A DNA stretch of 64,000 bases from the human T2T-CHM13v2.0 reference genome, Homo sapiens, in assembly GCF_009914755.1 (NCBI RefSeq), contig NC_060948.1. One strand, written 5' to 3'. Under the pieces are notes generated by a model. That model ran no database searches. It worked only from the letters and a program-made list of their open reading frames with translations, and was not told the DNA's origin. The translations under genes and the position numbers were made by a program. Below, piece by piece: positions 52,766 to 64,000 of this stretch (the stretch's first letter is position 1; each line of letters opens with the position of its first letter).

Positions 52766-53984
52766 GAATTTTCAAATATAATGAGATATTGAAATTATAC
52801 TTTAGGTTGCATTGGTCATTTAAACATACATGAATCAGATTATTCACCAATATCTTGAATAGTCCAGAAAATATTTGAAGTGTGCCTGAAATATCACCTA
52901 CAGAAAAGATATGAAAATGTGATAGCATGACAAACTTATATTTTCCCATCATTTTATCCAGTGACTCAAAGAAAGAGAGAAGCCTGCTGAGAGACATACT
53001 GAGAAGAAAAATGTAAAAAGACTATTCAAAGAAGGTTGAGTGTCAACAAGGAACTCTTATTGGGACAAGAGAGGAAGAATAGACGTCTCTTCTTGCAACA
53101 AGAAATAGAAGAGTAGTTGTGAACTCCAGGGAAAATCACAATCATGCAATGTTTTCAAGTAATGTGCTAGACTTTAAGAAAGAAGGATATGACTCTCCTG
53201 ATACATGAACTCTTCTTAAAGCAGTTCATGTTGAATATCGTGGGACTAAATCACATGGGTTTCTGTAGATTCATTCATACTCTCTGGGGTCCACTGGTAA
53301 ATATCCACACAAGGATTATTCTCAATTCTATTGATTGGTTTTTAATTTTCAGAATTAACTTTATTGGAAACCAATAGGAAGTCATTATTTTTACGGATTA
53401 AAAAACATCAGTTTCAAAGGTTAATTAATTAATGAATGGAAAAGCCAATGTAAATTAAGGAAGGAAAGAGGGGATATCAAGGAAAATATATAATGCTTAC
53501 TTTGCTAATCACTTAAGAGTAAGATGTTATATCCTACAGTCCAAATGTAATGGTTCAAGAAATAAACATAGAAAAAATTACTTTTAGATTCAGTCTTTCA
53601 AAAAATGCAGAATTATAAAAGTTATGATATTATGAGCAAGTATTATTTGTCATTGTTATGTTGGAGTAAATAAATATACCTTAACGTTTGTAAAGATGTT
53701 GGAAGTATCATCTTGGCTCAAGAAGACTTAAAGAAAAAATGATGAGAAATGATTAACGTGGTGAGAGAACTTGGCATGAGGGCAGGTGAACAATTTTCCA
53801 TTCCATTATTAGTCTTTTGTGTGGCTAAGCTTTTTTTTTTTTTCCCATGGACATCCCAAAATATTAGTTTTAAATGGTATTTGAAGTCATTCTCCTTTAA
53901 GAATTTTCCTCCCTCCAGTGAGTAAAGAGGGGCTTAGAGGACATAAGTCACTTGCAAGTAACTTGCCTGTATTTAAGGTCACAG

Positions 53985-54537
53985 TGTGATATCCTACCTT
54001 GTTTTAACCTGAATTGACTCTCCCTTGGCTGAGAGAAGTGGACAGACTCCATTTTGGCTCCTTCACTTGCAGCCCCTTACCCACCCCCTTCCTCAAAGAC
54101 TTAACTTGTGCAAGCTGACTCCCAGCACATCCAGGAATGCAATTACTGATAAGATACTGTGGCAAGCTATATCCGCAGTTCCCAGGAATTCACCTGGTTG
54201 ATAGTACTCAAAGCCCCAGTGTTTGTGTCCAGTTGATAGCGCCCAAAGCCCCCGCATCTATCACCTTGTGATAGATTTAAAGCCCCTGCACCTGGACCTG
54301 TTTGTTTTCCCGTAACCGTTCGTCTTTTTAACTTTTTTTGTCTGTTGTGCTTCTGTAAGATTGCTTCAGCTAGGCTCCCCCTTCCCTTTCTAAACCAAAG
54401 TATAAAAGAAAATCTAGCCCCTTCTTTGGGGCAGAGAGAATTTTGAGCACTAGCCATCTCTCGGTCACCAGCAAATAAAGGACTGCTAAATTAGTCTCAA
54501 AGTGTGGCGTTTCTCTACAACTCGCTCAGTTACAACA
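53985..54537 (+). mobile_element. 5' LTR (LTR6A/B-like)
   Basis: TGTGAT...CAACA; TATAAAA near 54401; AATAAA near 54474. Confidence 0.88.
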
Positions 54538-54539
54538 TT

Positions 54540-54557
54540 TGGAAGTCCCGGCGAGAT
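54540..54557 (+). promoter_or_regulatory. Primer binding site, tRNA-Thr
   Basis: TGGAAGTCCCGGCGAGAT, 2 nt after the LTR; 15/18 match to TGGAGGCCCCAGCGAGAT (tRNA-Thr 3' complement). Confidence 0.8.
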
Positions 54558-56197
54558 TTATTTGCCATGAGATGAGTGCTGAATTCATTCCAGGCTCCCC
54601 TGGACAGACAGTGGTCTTATAGGGGAGGTGCCACCTGAAGACTTTCCAAGGCACCATAGGCCACCGTATTCCGGAGGGGGAACGGATCGACTGCTGGTGT
54701 GTGCCCACCAAATTCAACTCCTGAGTCCTCAGTCTCTGGTCCTGGGACGGTAAGTCAGATCTGACTCTGTTTCTCTGGGAGGGAAATGGCCCTATTGAGG
54801 GCCCTCCCTCAGACTCTGTCCACACTCCAGGACACTGGAGGGCAAAGTCCTGGTTTCTGTCAGGCTTCTCTGTTAAGACTCTCACACTCCCTCTCTGTCT
54901 CTTCTTCTTCTCTCATTCAGGTCTCAAGGAGACCCCTGTTTAAATGGGTATGAAAAATTATAATAAACTCTGAAGGAGTGAGTGAGTGAATGTGGAGTTC
55001 AAGGGCTTTTGCTTGAATTTCAAGTTTGTAGCTCCATGGCAAAAGCTACAGAGTTTGAGTGGGCCCTCACCTGTGGTTCCGGGTGACCTCATAAGGCTTA
55101 GGGTAGCAAAGGGCATAGCTCGACCTGAGCTGGGGGTTTATACTGGCCTGCCAATGTCAAGAGGAGCCTAAGTCCCTGCAAGGGGAGTGGCCAGGCAGGC
55201 ATCTGACTAATCACATCACAGAAGCCCCTCATCTTGTCTGTTTATAAAAACTTTCATAACTGTTTATATACCCCAGTGTCTATTCTCCTGTCTGGTGTTT
55301 GCCTAAGTTTCACATGTCAGGTCTTCAATACTGCCCAAGATGACTGGGCAAGGACTTCTTCAAGGTCGTTAGTACAGATTTTCTATCCCAGGAGTTCAAA
55401 TCTTTCATCAGTCATTTGGGCTGGCCATCCGAGTCCTGTCTTTTCTGTCGGAAAAAAGTCAGGTGTTGTTATGGGGAGGTGTATGGGAAACAGTCTCTCG
55501 TTTGGGATTTCTGGCACCATAAAGGTTGCTGGCATTTGGATTGCCATACCTCAAACCCCAGTGACTGAAACACCTCCTCCTTAGATCAGTGGGGGATTCA
55601 AAATAGCCACCCTGCAGATTTCCTTGCTCACCTTTTCTGTCATCCTGTAACTTTTCCCATGCCCTTGGATAAGGCACTGTGCAGAGAAACCTACGCCTGT
55701 ACTGTCTTATTCCATCTGGACTCTTATTCTATCCCTCTGTAGCTACTCTCCTACCTTAGGAAAGATCCAAGTGGCCCCTTTCCTACTCATCCCCATCCCT
55801 TACCCCGTACATTTCATTTTCCTGTGTCACAGCAAGTCCAGCACCTCCAAGACTTGGCTCTGCTCACCCTCCTAAAACCCTTAAAAGAAAAAGCCAAGTT
55901 TGAACTGTTTGCCTTTGAGTCATGAAGACACCAAAAATATTCAGGCTATAAGTCAAAAAGGAAGGAGGGATCATGTAGGTCCCACAGGCCTCAGACCCAC
56001 CTCTTGTCCTCTCCCTAGATCTCAAAACCTAAAGAGAAAGAGCTTATGTGGCAAGAAGTGTTGGCTATAGTTGCTTTCCTACTTCTTCTGGTCGTAATAT
56101 TTCTGTTCTTCTGATACTACGGGCCCCCAGAGAGTGAATTGCTCTGTCCATGCTGGATTTAATATTTCTGCTCAATCCTTGTTAAATTGCTTCCAGA

Positions 56198-56715
56198 ATG
56201 GGAAGCTCTTCTTCCTGGCCTCATAGAGATTGGAGCCCTCTCCAATGTATGTTACAAAATTTCTCCCTGGGCTTCTCAGAGGATTATGGGGTTTGCCTTA
56301 AAAAAGGCAAATTCTGGACACTCTGTGAAGTAGAACGGCTACAGTTTGGAACCGGGTGGCCCCCAGAAGGGTCACTGAATGTGTGTGGCAGTTCATTGCT
56401 GGAACTCCCAGTCACCCTGATCAGTTTCCCTACATTGATCAATGGCTGAGCTTGGTCTGGGGCCCTTCCCCTTGGCTCCACTCATGTGCTGTTCATAATC
56501 CTACCTCCAAGGTGCTTTTGAGCCAGGCCTCACTGTCATTCTGACCCTCAGCCCCCTCAGCTCCTCCTGTACTGCCTTTTTCTGAAGAAGAGGAAAGTTT
56601 TTCTCACGCATTTCCACCACCCCATAACCCTCCTGCTCCACCAAAATCTTGCCTCGTTTCTTTGACTACATCCCCTGTGGCCTCTCTGCCTACAGCCTCC
56701 TGATTATGACCGCTG
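56198..56715 (+). pseudogene. gag: Truncated gag (matrix and proline-rich region only)
   Basis: MGSSSS..WSPLQCMLQNF; GWPPEGSLN; HPDQFPYI (gammaretroviral MA); PPPHNPP degenerate late domain. Confidence 0.85.
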
Positions 56716-56719
56716 GAGA

Positions 56720-59700
56720 ATAAAGCTAATCCTCTCCTATTGTATCTACAGATTGTGTTTCCTTGAGTCTGGGCCAAGTCAAAATCCCCAGGACTAGCAA
56801 AGCATCATCCACTGTTAGTTGTAGAACTCCTGGTCACTGCCCTGCCAGTCCAGGTAAAAAAAACTATCCTATGAGTCAGCGGGCTAGAGAGGGAATCAAT
56901 CCCCATATTCAGGGGCTATTACAAGCTGGTATACTCACAGCGTGTTAGTTGGCCTGGAATACTCCATTTTTGTCGGTCCAGAAACCTGGAACAAATAATT
57001 ACCAGCCTGTACAGGACTTGCAGGAAGTTAACAAGTGGACAGTCACTGTCCATCCAACTGTCCCTAACCCTTATACTTTATTCAGCCTGCTTTTGCCAGA
57101 ACATACAGTATGTGCTGTCCTGGACTTAAAAGAGGCTTTCTTTGCTATTTCTCTGGTCCCCAAATGCCAATCTATCTTTGCTTTTGAATGGACAGATCCT
57201 GGCTTGGGAGACACCACTCAATTAACCTGGACTCAGCTACCCCAGGGTTTTAAAAATTCCCCCACACTTTTTGGAGAAGCCCTCCAACAAGATCTCATAC
57301 CATTCTGAGCCAGTCACCCTAACTGCACTTTTCTCCAGTACGTGGATGACCTTTTATTAGCTGCTAAAACTACTGACAGCCGCCTGCAATATACTAGAGA
57401 CCTGCTTTGCCTTCTCCAGAAACTTGGGTACTGGGTTTCAGCTAAGAAGACCAAGCTTTATCTCCCCAGGGTTTCCTATCTGGGGTATGAGATAGACAAG
57501 GGAAAAAGGGCACTCACCAGTGCTCAAAAGGAAACCATCCTGTGGATCCCCACTCCCATCACCAAGAGACAGGTACATGAATTCCTGGGGTCTGTAGGAT
57601 ACTGTCATCTATGGATATCAGGGTTTGTGGAAATCACCAAGCCCCTAAACTCTGTTATAGGAGAAAATGACCTGCTAGCTTGGACTTACACAGAGGAACA
57701 GGCTTTTCAATACTGGAAAAAACCATTAACTGAGGACCCTGCTCTAGCCCTCCCAAATAATCTCAAAACCATTTCACCTTTTTGTTCATGAAAGCCAGGG
57801 AGTCACTAGACGGGTACTCACTCAAACTTTGGGGCCATGGTGATGCCCAGTGGCCTATTTGTCTAAGAAACTGGACCCCTGGACCCTGTGGCCTCCAGGT
57901 GGCCAAGATGTCTGCGAGCCATAGCAGCCACAGCAAGCCTGGTTCAGGAGTCTGATAAACTGACTCTAGGTAAAAATTTAACCCTTATGGCTCCTCGTGC
58001 CATAGAGACATTGCTACAAAGTGCTTCTGCCAAATAGATGTCGAACGCTTGCATCCTGCAGTATCAAAATTTACTGTTAGATCAGCCTCGTGTAACTTTC
58101 TCTCCCACAAGGTGTTTAAATCCATCTACCTTGCTCCCTGATCCAGACCTTACCACACCTATCCATGACTGTGAGGAACTGTTAGTGACTATAGAAATTG
58201 GCTGACCTGATCTCCAAGATGTGCCTTTAAAGGAGGCAGACACCACCACATTTACAGAGAGTAGCAGCTTCCTCAAACAAGGAGTATGAAAGCCTGCTCC
58301 AGCCATTACTATGGAAACAGATATACTGTGGGCCCAGGTGCTGCTGGCAGGCAACTTGGCAAAGAGGGCTGATTAGTTGCCCTCACTCAAGCTTCCGATA
58401 GGGCAAAAATAAATGCATTAACATCTACACTGACAGCAGATATACGTTTGCTACTGTCCATGTACACAGAGCCATCTATCAGGAGCATGGGCTACTCACC
58501 TCAGAAGGAAAAACTATCAAAAATAAAGAAGAAATTTTGGCCTTGCTTGAAGCTGTTTGGTTCCCTCAACAGGTGGCTGTAATTCACTGCGAAGGACAAC
58601 AAAAAGAAGATATGGTCATTGCTTGTGGTAACCAAAGAGCAGATTCTGCAGCTAAAAAGACAGCTCAGTTTCCAGTCATGCCTTTGACTCTGCTGCCCTC
58701 TATATCCTTTCTGCAGCCTGACTTTCGAGACCACCCAGAATACTCCCTAGAGGAGGAAAAAGAGGCTTCAGATCTTCAGGCCAGTAAAAATCAGGAAGGT
58801 TGGTGAATTCTTCCTGATCCCAGAATCTTCATGCCCCAAGTCCTCGGGGAAACTTTAACCAGTCATCTGCATTCTACCACACATTTGAGAGCAATAAAAC
58901 TGGCCCAGCTTCTAAAGAGCCATTTCAAGATCCTCCACCTTCAGGGCTTAGCTAACCAAGCAGCCCTCTGGTGTATAGGTTGTGCTCAGGTAAATGACAA
59001 GGAAGGTCCTAAACCCAGCCCAGGCCACCGCCTCTGGGGAGACTCACCAGGAGAAAGGTGGGAATTGACTTTACAGAGATAAAACCACACTGGGCAGTGT
59101 ATAAATACCTCCTGGTGCTAGTAGACACCTTTTCCAGATGGACTGAGGCATTTGCCACCAAAAACGAGACTGCCACCATGGTAGTTAAGCTATTACTCAA
59201 TGAAATCACTCCTTGACATGGGCTGCCCGCTGCCATAGGGTCTGATAATGGACCAGCCTTCACCTCATCTGTAGCTCAATCAGTTAGTGAGACATTAAAC
59301 ATTCAATGGAAACTCCATTGTGCCTATCAACCCCAGAGCTCTAGGCAGGTAGAATGCATGAACTGCATCCTAAAAAGTAATCTTACAATATTAATCCTAG
59401 AGACCAGTGAGAATTGGGTAAAACTCCTTTCTCTAGACCTTCTTAAAGTAAGATGCACCCCTTACCAGGCTAGGTTTTCACCTTTTGAAATCATGTCTGG
59501 GAGGGCTCCTCCTACCTTGTCCAAACTAAGAGATACCCATTTAACAGAAATCTCACAAGCTAATTTGTTACAGTACCAGCAGTCTCTGCAACAGGTACAA
59601 GACATTATCCAGCCACATGTCTGAGGAGCACATCCCAATCCAGTTCCCGACCACAAGGGGCTCTGCCACTCTTTCCAGCCAGGTGACCTGGTGTATGTTA

Positions 59701-59915
59701 AAAAGTTCCAGAAAGAAGGACTTACTCCTGCCTGAAAAGGACCTGATACTGTCATCCTCACCACACCAAGAGCTCTAAAAGTAGATAACATTCCTGCTTG
59801 GATTCATCACTCTTGCATCAAGAAGACTAACAAAACCCAGCAAGAAACATGGGTCCCCAAGACTGGTAGAGGCCCCTTACAACTGCACCTAAGTCAAGTG
59901 AAGCCAGTAGATTAA
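56720..59915 (+). pseudogene. pol: Defective pol (RT, RNase H, integrase; protease absent)
   Basis: YPMSQRAREGI; VLDLKEAFF; [12 protein letters not shown]; QYVDDLLLA; HLHSTTH..CAQVN; GSDNGPAF; many stops. Confidence 0.93.
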
Positions 59916-60636
59916 TTCTTTATCTCTTTTGTTTGTTTCTGCCTGTCGTGCCCTCTGCTTCTTCCTACTCTTTATTCCTGACTTCTTTCATGACAGGAAG
60001 TGTGTTTGCAAACACCACCTGGAAGTCGGGGACCTACAAGGAAGTCTCTTTGGCAGTCGATTTATGTGCTCTGTTTCCAGAGCCTGCTCATACGTTCGAA
60101 GAGCAACACAATCTGCCAATCATAGGAGCAGGGAACATCGACCTTGCTGCAGAGTTTGGACACTCCAGAGGCTAGACTGGATGTGGAAGCTCCAAAGGTG
60201 CAGAAAAAGGACTCCAGAACGTTGAACTTTACTTCTGTCCTGGAAATCACCTTGACTCTAGGTGTCAAGATTCTTACCAATTTTTCTGCCCTGACTAGAC
60301 ATGTATAACTTTGGCCACCTACTCTGGGGGATCAATCCGACCTTCAACCTTTTCCATAGCTCATGCTTCCCATCCTAAACTGTGTGCAAGGGGAAATTGC
60401 AATCTTCTTACTATAACCATCCGTAACCCCAATTTAGCTCAATGGCATTATGGCATGTCATGGGGATTAAGGCTTTATATCGCTGGATTTGATGTTGAAA
60501 CTGTGTTCAGCATCCTATGTTCCAAAAACACCCAGACAGGGTCAATTTAACTGTTCCACCACCACTCCTGGTTGCTAAACCTCAGCTGCAATGACAAGAC
60601 CTCCAGCTCAGCCTGATATCCATTCTGGGTGGGGTA
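59849..60636 (+). pseudogene. env: Defective env, SU N-terminus only (envT/ERVS71-1-like)
   Basis: VFANTTWK.GT.KEVS.AVDLC.LFPEPA; GCGSSKGAEKGLQNV; YGMSWGLRLYI; in-frame TAG stops; TM absent. Confidence 0.9.
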
Positions 60637-60639
60637 CAT

Positions 60640-60708
60640 CAGCAAATAAAGGACTGCTAAATTAGTCTCAAAGTGTGGCATTTCTCTATAACTAGCTCAG
60701 TTACAACA
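60640..60708 (+). mobile_element. 3' LTR remnant (R/U5 end only)
   Basis: Matches 54469-54537 with 3 substitutions; retains AATAAA at 60645. Confidence 0.9.
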
Positions 60709-60911
60709 ACAGGACCAGTTTAAAAGGGGTCAATGAAATAAGCCAGGTATGTTTAATTTCAACATCTGTTTTTTTTCTTTTCATCCACAATTATATCATC
60801 AATAAAAATATCTTCAGAGATTCAAAAAAAAGCCATTGATTTTTGTTATATTTCCTGAATAAATTCTGAGATCAGGATAGCCCTTGTTCTCCTTACTTGA
60901 ATTTTGGCATA

Positions 60912-61225
60912 TGGGCTGGGCACAGTGGCTCACGCCATAATCTCAGCACTTTGGGAGGCCAAGGTGGACAGACCACTTGAGGTCAGGAGTTCAAGACCAG
61001 CCTTGCAAACATGGCAAACGAAGTATCTACTAAAAATACATAAAGTTGGCCAGGCATGGTGGTGGGCACCTGTAGTCCCAGCTACTCAGGAGGCTGAGGC
61101 AGGAAAATTGCTTGAACCTGGGAGGCAGAGGTTGCAGTGAGCTGAGATCATGCTACTGAACTCTCCAGCCTGAGTGACAGACTGAAACTCTGTCACCAAA
61201 AAAAAAAAAAAAAAAAAAAAAAAAA
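60912..61225 (+). mobile_element. AluS
   Basis: Dimeric Alu with A28 tail. Confidence 0.9.
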
Positions 61226-61874
61226 GGAAATGTTGGTGTGTGTGAAAAGAAAATTTGGATTTAGGTAAGGAGACTTTTTTTTTTTTTTTTTCTGGATAGG
61301 ATGATTGCAACAGGAGAGAGAAGATGACTATAGCAGTCAGGTAAACTCTCCTTTTATGATATCTGCTGGCAGTTCACAGGTTAAGTGGAAAATAAGCTTT
61401 TCTTTTATGGGTATATAGGATGAAAAGGTAACTGTACCAACTAGTAGGTGAGAGGATGTTTTAACCCAGGCCACCCTTTTCTCAAAAGGGCCTCTTAACA
61501 GTAGGCAATGTGCTTGTTAACAAATGTTCCTTTAGCAAGCATTTTGCTTGACTAGTGTATGGGGAAGAAACCATTCAGTTAGTCATTGAAAAGTCAATGA
61601 ATTCCCAACAAATGGATCCACTAGCATGTAGATCCCCATCAGATATGGGGGAACTAAGGACTTAACTCTTGCCAGTATTCTTTGTTTTACATTTCTTCCT
61701 GATGAGATTGGAGGAAGTCACACCCACAGACCAGAGTTAACGTTCTTTTCTGCTGAAGGCAATTTTTTAGATAAAACTTTCCCTCCTTAACCAATCAGAA
61801 ATCAGAAAATATTTCAATCCAGCTGTCATTTTTGGGTGGCCCACTTCAAAATATCCTGCCTTTTTAATTCAAAC

Positions 61875-62765
61875 TGTGGGATATGAGGAGGTTTCTCTTT
61901 AAATAGCCTGATCAATCCTTTATTGTTTAATTTATAGCATCCCCCCTACATCCCTTTTTCCTTTTTCTCTCTTTTTTCTTCCTTTCTCCCTTTTTTATAT
62001 GCCCAGACATGCCACAGTACCAGGCGTTGCCAGCTCACATTCCTTTCACTATTTAGAAACAAGACTAGCTGTCTAGCTCATTACAGACACCGTTTTTTTC
62101 CCCTCTCTCCTTTATGTGCCCAACTTATTTAAAAAAAAAAAAAAAGTTCAGATGTTTAGCCAACCAGGATTAGTTTAGAGAGTATGACCCGACCCTGGCC
62201 AATGGGGAAAGGGTACATACGGGGCAGGACTTGTCACACACATCTGTGTGAAAAGAACAATTAAACAGGCTTTGCGTGAGCAATAAAGCTGTTTTTTTCC
62301 ACCTGGGTGCAGGCAGGCTGAGTCTGAAAAGGAGTTGGCAAAGAGAGTTATGGGTGGGGCAGTTTTATAGGATTTGGGTAGGTAGTGCAAAATTATAGTC
62401 AAAGGGTGTTTGCTCTCTTGCAGGAAGGGGTGGGGGTCACAAGGTGCACAGTGGGGGAGCTCCTGAGCCAGGAGAAGGAATTTCACAAGATAATGTTATC
62501 AGTTAAACAGGAACGGGCCATTTTCACTTCTTTTGTAATTCTTCAGTTGCTTCAGGTCATCTGGATGTATACGTGTAGGCTTAGACTCAGAGGCCTGACA
62601 TGACTTGCATCAGGAATGATGTCTCTTGTGCCCCTTTATTCAGGTGTGCTCTCATGGCTACTGGCCAAGGAGAAGCACCCCTCTGTGCAGAAATAAAATG
62701 GCTTTGCTAAGAATCCTTTGTTTGAGTGTCCAATTTCCTTAGGATTTTGAATATTATTCCCATTA
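61875..62765 (+). mobile_element. LTR10-family (HERV-I) solo LTR hosting LTR7
   Basis: TGTGGGATATGAGGAGGTTTCTCTT start; GGCCAATGGGG; TSD AAAC. Confidence 0.8.
62232..62600 (-). mobile_element. LTR7 (HERV-H) solo LTR
   Basis: Ends CTCAGAGGCCTGACA; AAACAGGCTTTG.GTGAGCAATAAAGC; 5-bp TSD GGACT/TGACT. Confidence 0.9.
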
Positions 62766-64000
62766 AAACCAATGTATGATCTCCACGTATTCATTTACAA
62801 TGTTACCTGTGACTTCTGCATTCCTGAAATGTACTACTGCCTTTAAAAACCATTACTTGCAAGCCACCGGGAGGTTAGGTCTTCAGTGAGAACTGCCCAA
62901 TTCTCTTTGCTTGGTGTCCTGCAAATATAAACACCCTCCTTTCCGCTGCTTCAAAACCTCAGTGTGAATGTTTGGCCTTACTGTGCCAGGCAAGGAACCC
63001 CTAGATGGGTCCAGTAACACCACCAGCATTTTGTTGGAATCATAAAGACTGAGTAATCTTCAAGGTCAAGACTGCAGAGCCTCAGAGCTTGTCTGCTGCC
63101 GATTACAATTAAACCCTACTCACAATCCCTCCTTTCCCGTGCTTAAATCATGGAATGAGAGACATTTGAGACGCCAGGACAAAAATCTTGGAAATGCCAA
63201 ATACCTGTAGTTATCTACTTCTCATATGCTCTTTCCAAAACAGAAAGTGAAAAATTTTAAAGTGGTTGATATTCCCAGTAGATTCCAAGTTTATCATATC
63301 TGTCTGAAAATGTTAATCTCTGATTACCCTATCAAATGTGCCCATAAGTCTGCAGTATTTTATTTATTTATTTTTTAGGGCACTTTCCTTCATAATTCTT
63401 CTATTGTGTGAATAATTCTCCAAAAATAAAATGAAAGATGGAAAAATAAAACCTCAGTAAAATACAGGAAAGTAATTGTTTCTGTGATTCTCAATACATA
63501 TTAAACAGAAAAAAAAAAAGCAGTTGAGTTTTGAAGAAAACAGATGTTGAAGATATGTGACTTCATTAAGCCAGAGATCAAATTAATTGCTATGAAGGCA
63601 GTCCACTGAGGTAGCCAGGAAATTAGTGAAAGCAGGTTTTCAGTATTGAAAAAAAGGAAATGAAAATTATGACTTAGGCACAATTCTGTAAGTACGGTAT
63701 TTTAAAAATACATTATAAAATTTACAGTGTATATTTTCAGGTTTCATCAATGCATGTGTCAAGATGCTGGCATAATTTTATTGATCCTAAACATCAAACT
63801 ACTTTGGAAAAATATCAAAACCTGTAGAAAAATACATTAATTTAGAAAAATGAATTAGAAAAATGAATAAATTTTCCATCATGTCTCAGGGTTACAATAA
63901 TTTTATCTTCAAAGAAAAGCTATCATTACACCCTGAAATAATGGATGGATACCCAAGGCATATGATAGTTTGCCTCGTATGTCTTTCAGAAAATGAATAA

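Larger units (their letters stand above)
53985..60708 (+). mobile_element. HERV-T (HERV-S71) provirus, internally deleted
   Basis: LTR6-type 5' LTR, tRNA-Thr PBS, MA, pol and SU remnants, 3' LTR stub; TSD ACAG (53981-53984, 60709-60712). Confidence 0.92.
61627..63019 (+). mobile_element. MER4-group (MER34/MER39-like) LTR hosting LTR10
   Basis: TGTAG start; CTCCTTAACCAATCAGAAATCAGAAAAT; end CCAGTAACA. Confidence 0.6.

Noticed and set aside
52962-53033. Possible small exon (TTTTATCCAG ... AAG/GTTGAG)
   Set aside because: Weak donor site, in-frame stop, no recognisable product and no partner exons
54526-55677. ORFs of 60-119 aa in the HERV-T leader
   Set aside because: Scattered over both strands with no consistent frame or recognisable motif, unlike the HERV30 pre-gag region

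Overview
Primate, most likely human or great-ape, genomic DNA. It is AT-rich and made mostly of transposable elements, and I can support no host protein-coding gene, RNA gene or CRISPR array. There are two decayed class I endogenous proviruses, both still flanked by their target-site duplications (TSDs). The first is a near full-length HERV30/HERV-W9-group provirus on the minus strand (20389-29585; LTR30, tRNA-Arg PBS, pre-gag, gag, pro-pol, env). The second is an internally deleted HERV-T/S71 provirus on the plus strand (53985-60708; LTR6, tRNA-Thr PBS). The window also holds about 20 solo LTRs (LTR7, LTR8, LTR9, LTR10, LTR17, MER4-group, MER50, THE1/MST, MLT1), many nested inside one another, about 20 Alus, L1/L2/MIR fragments and Tigger/MER2 DNA transposons. 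I found no convincing new biological system. The most notable structures are a 340-bp locally templated insertion with junction microhomology, a decayed pre-gag reading frame, an in-frame deletion of the env receptor-binding region, and an Alu-associated deletion. Subfamily names come from my recollection of consensus sequences and need Dfam/RepeatMasker confirmation.
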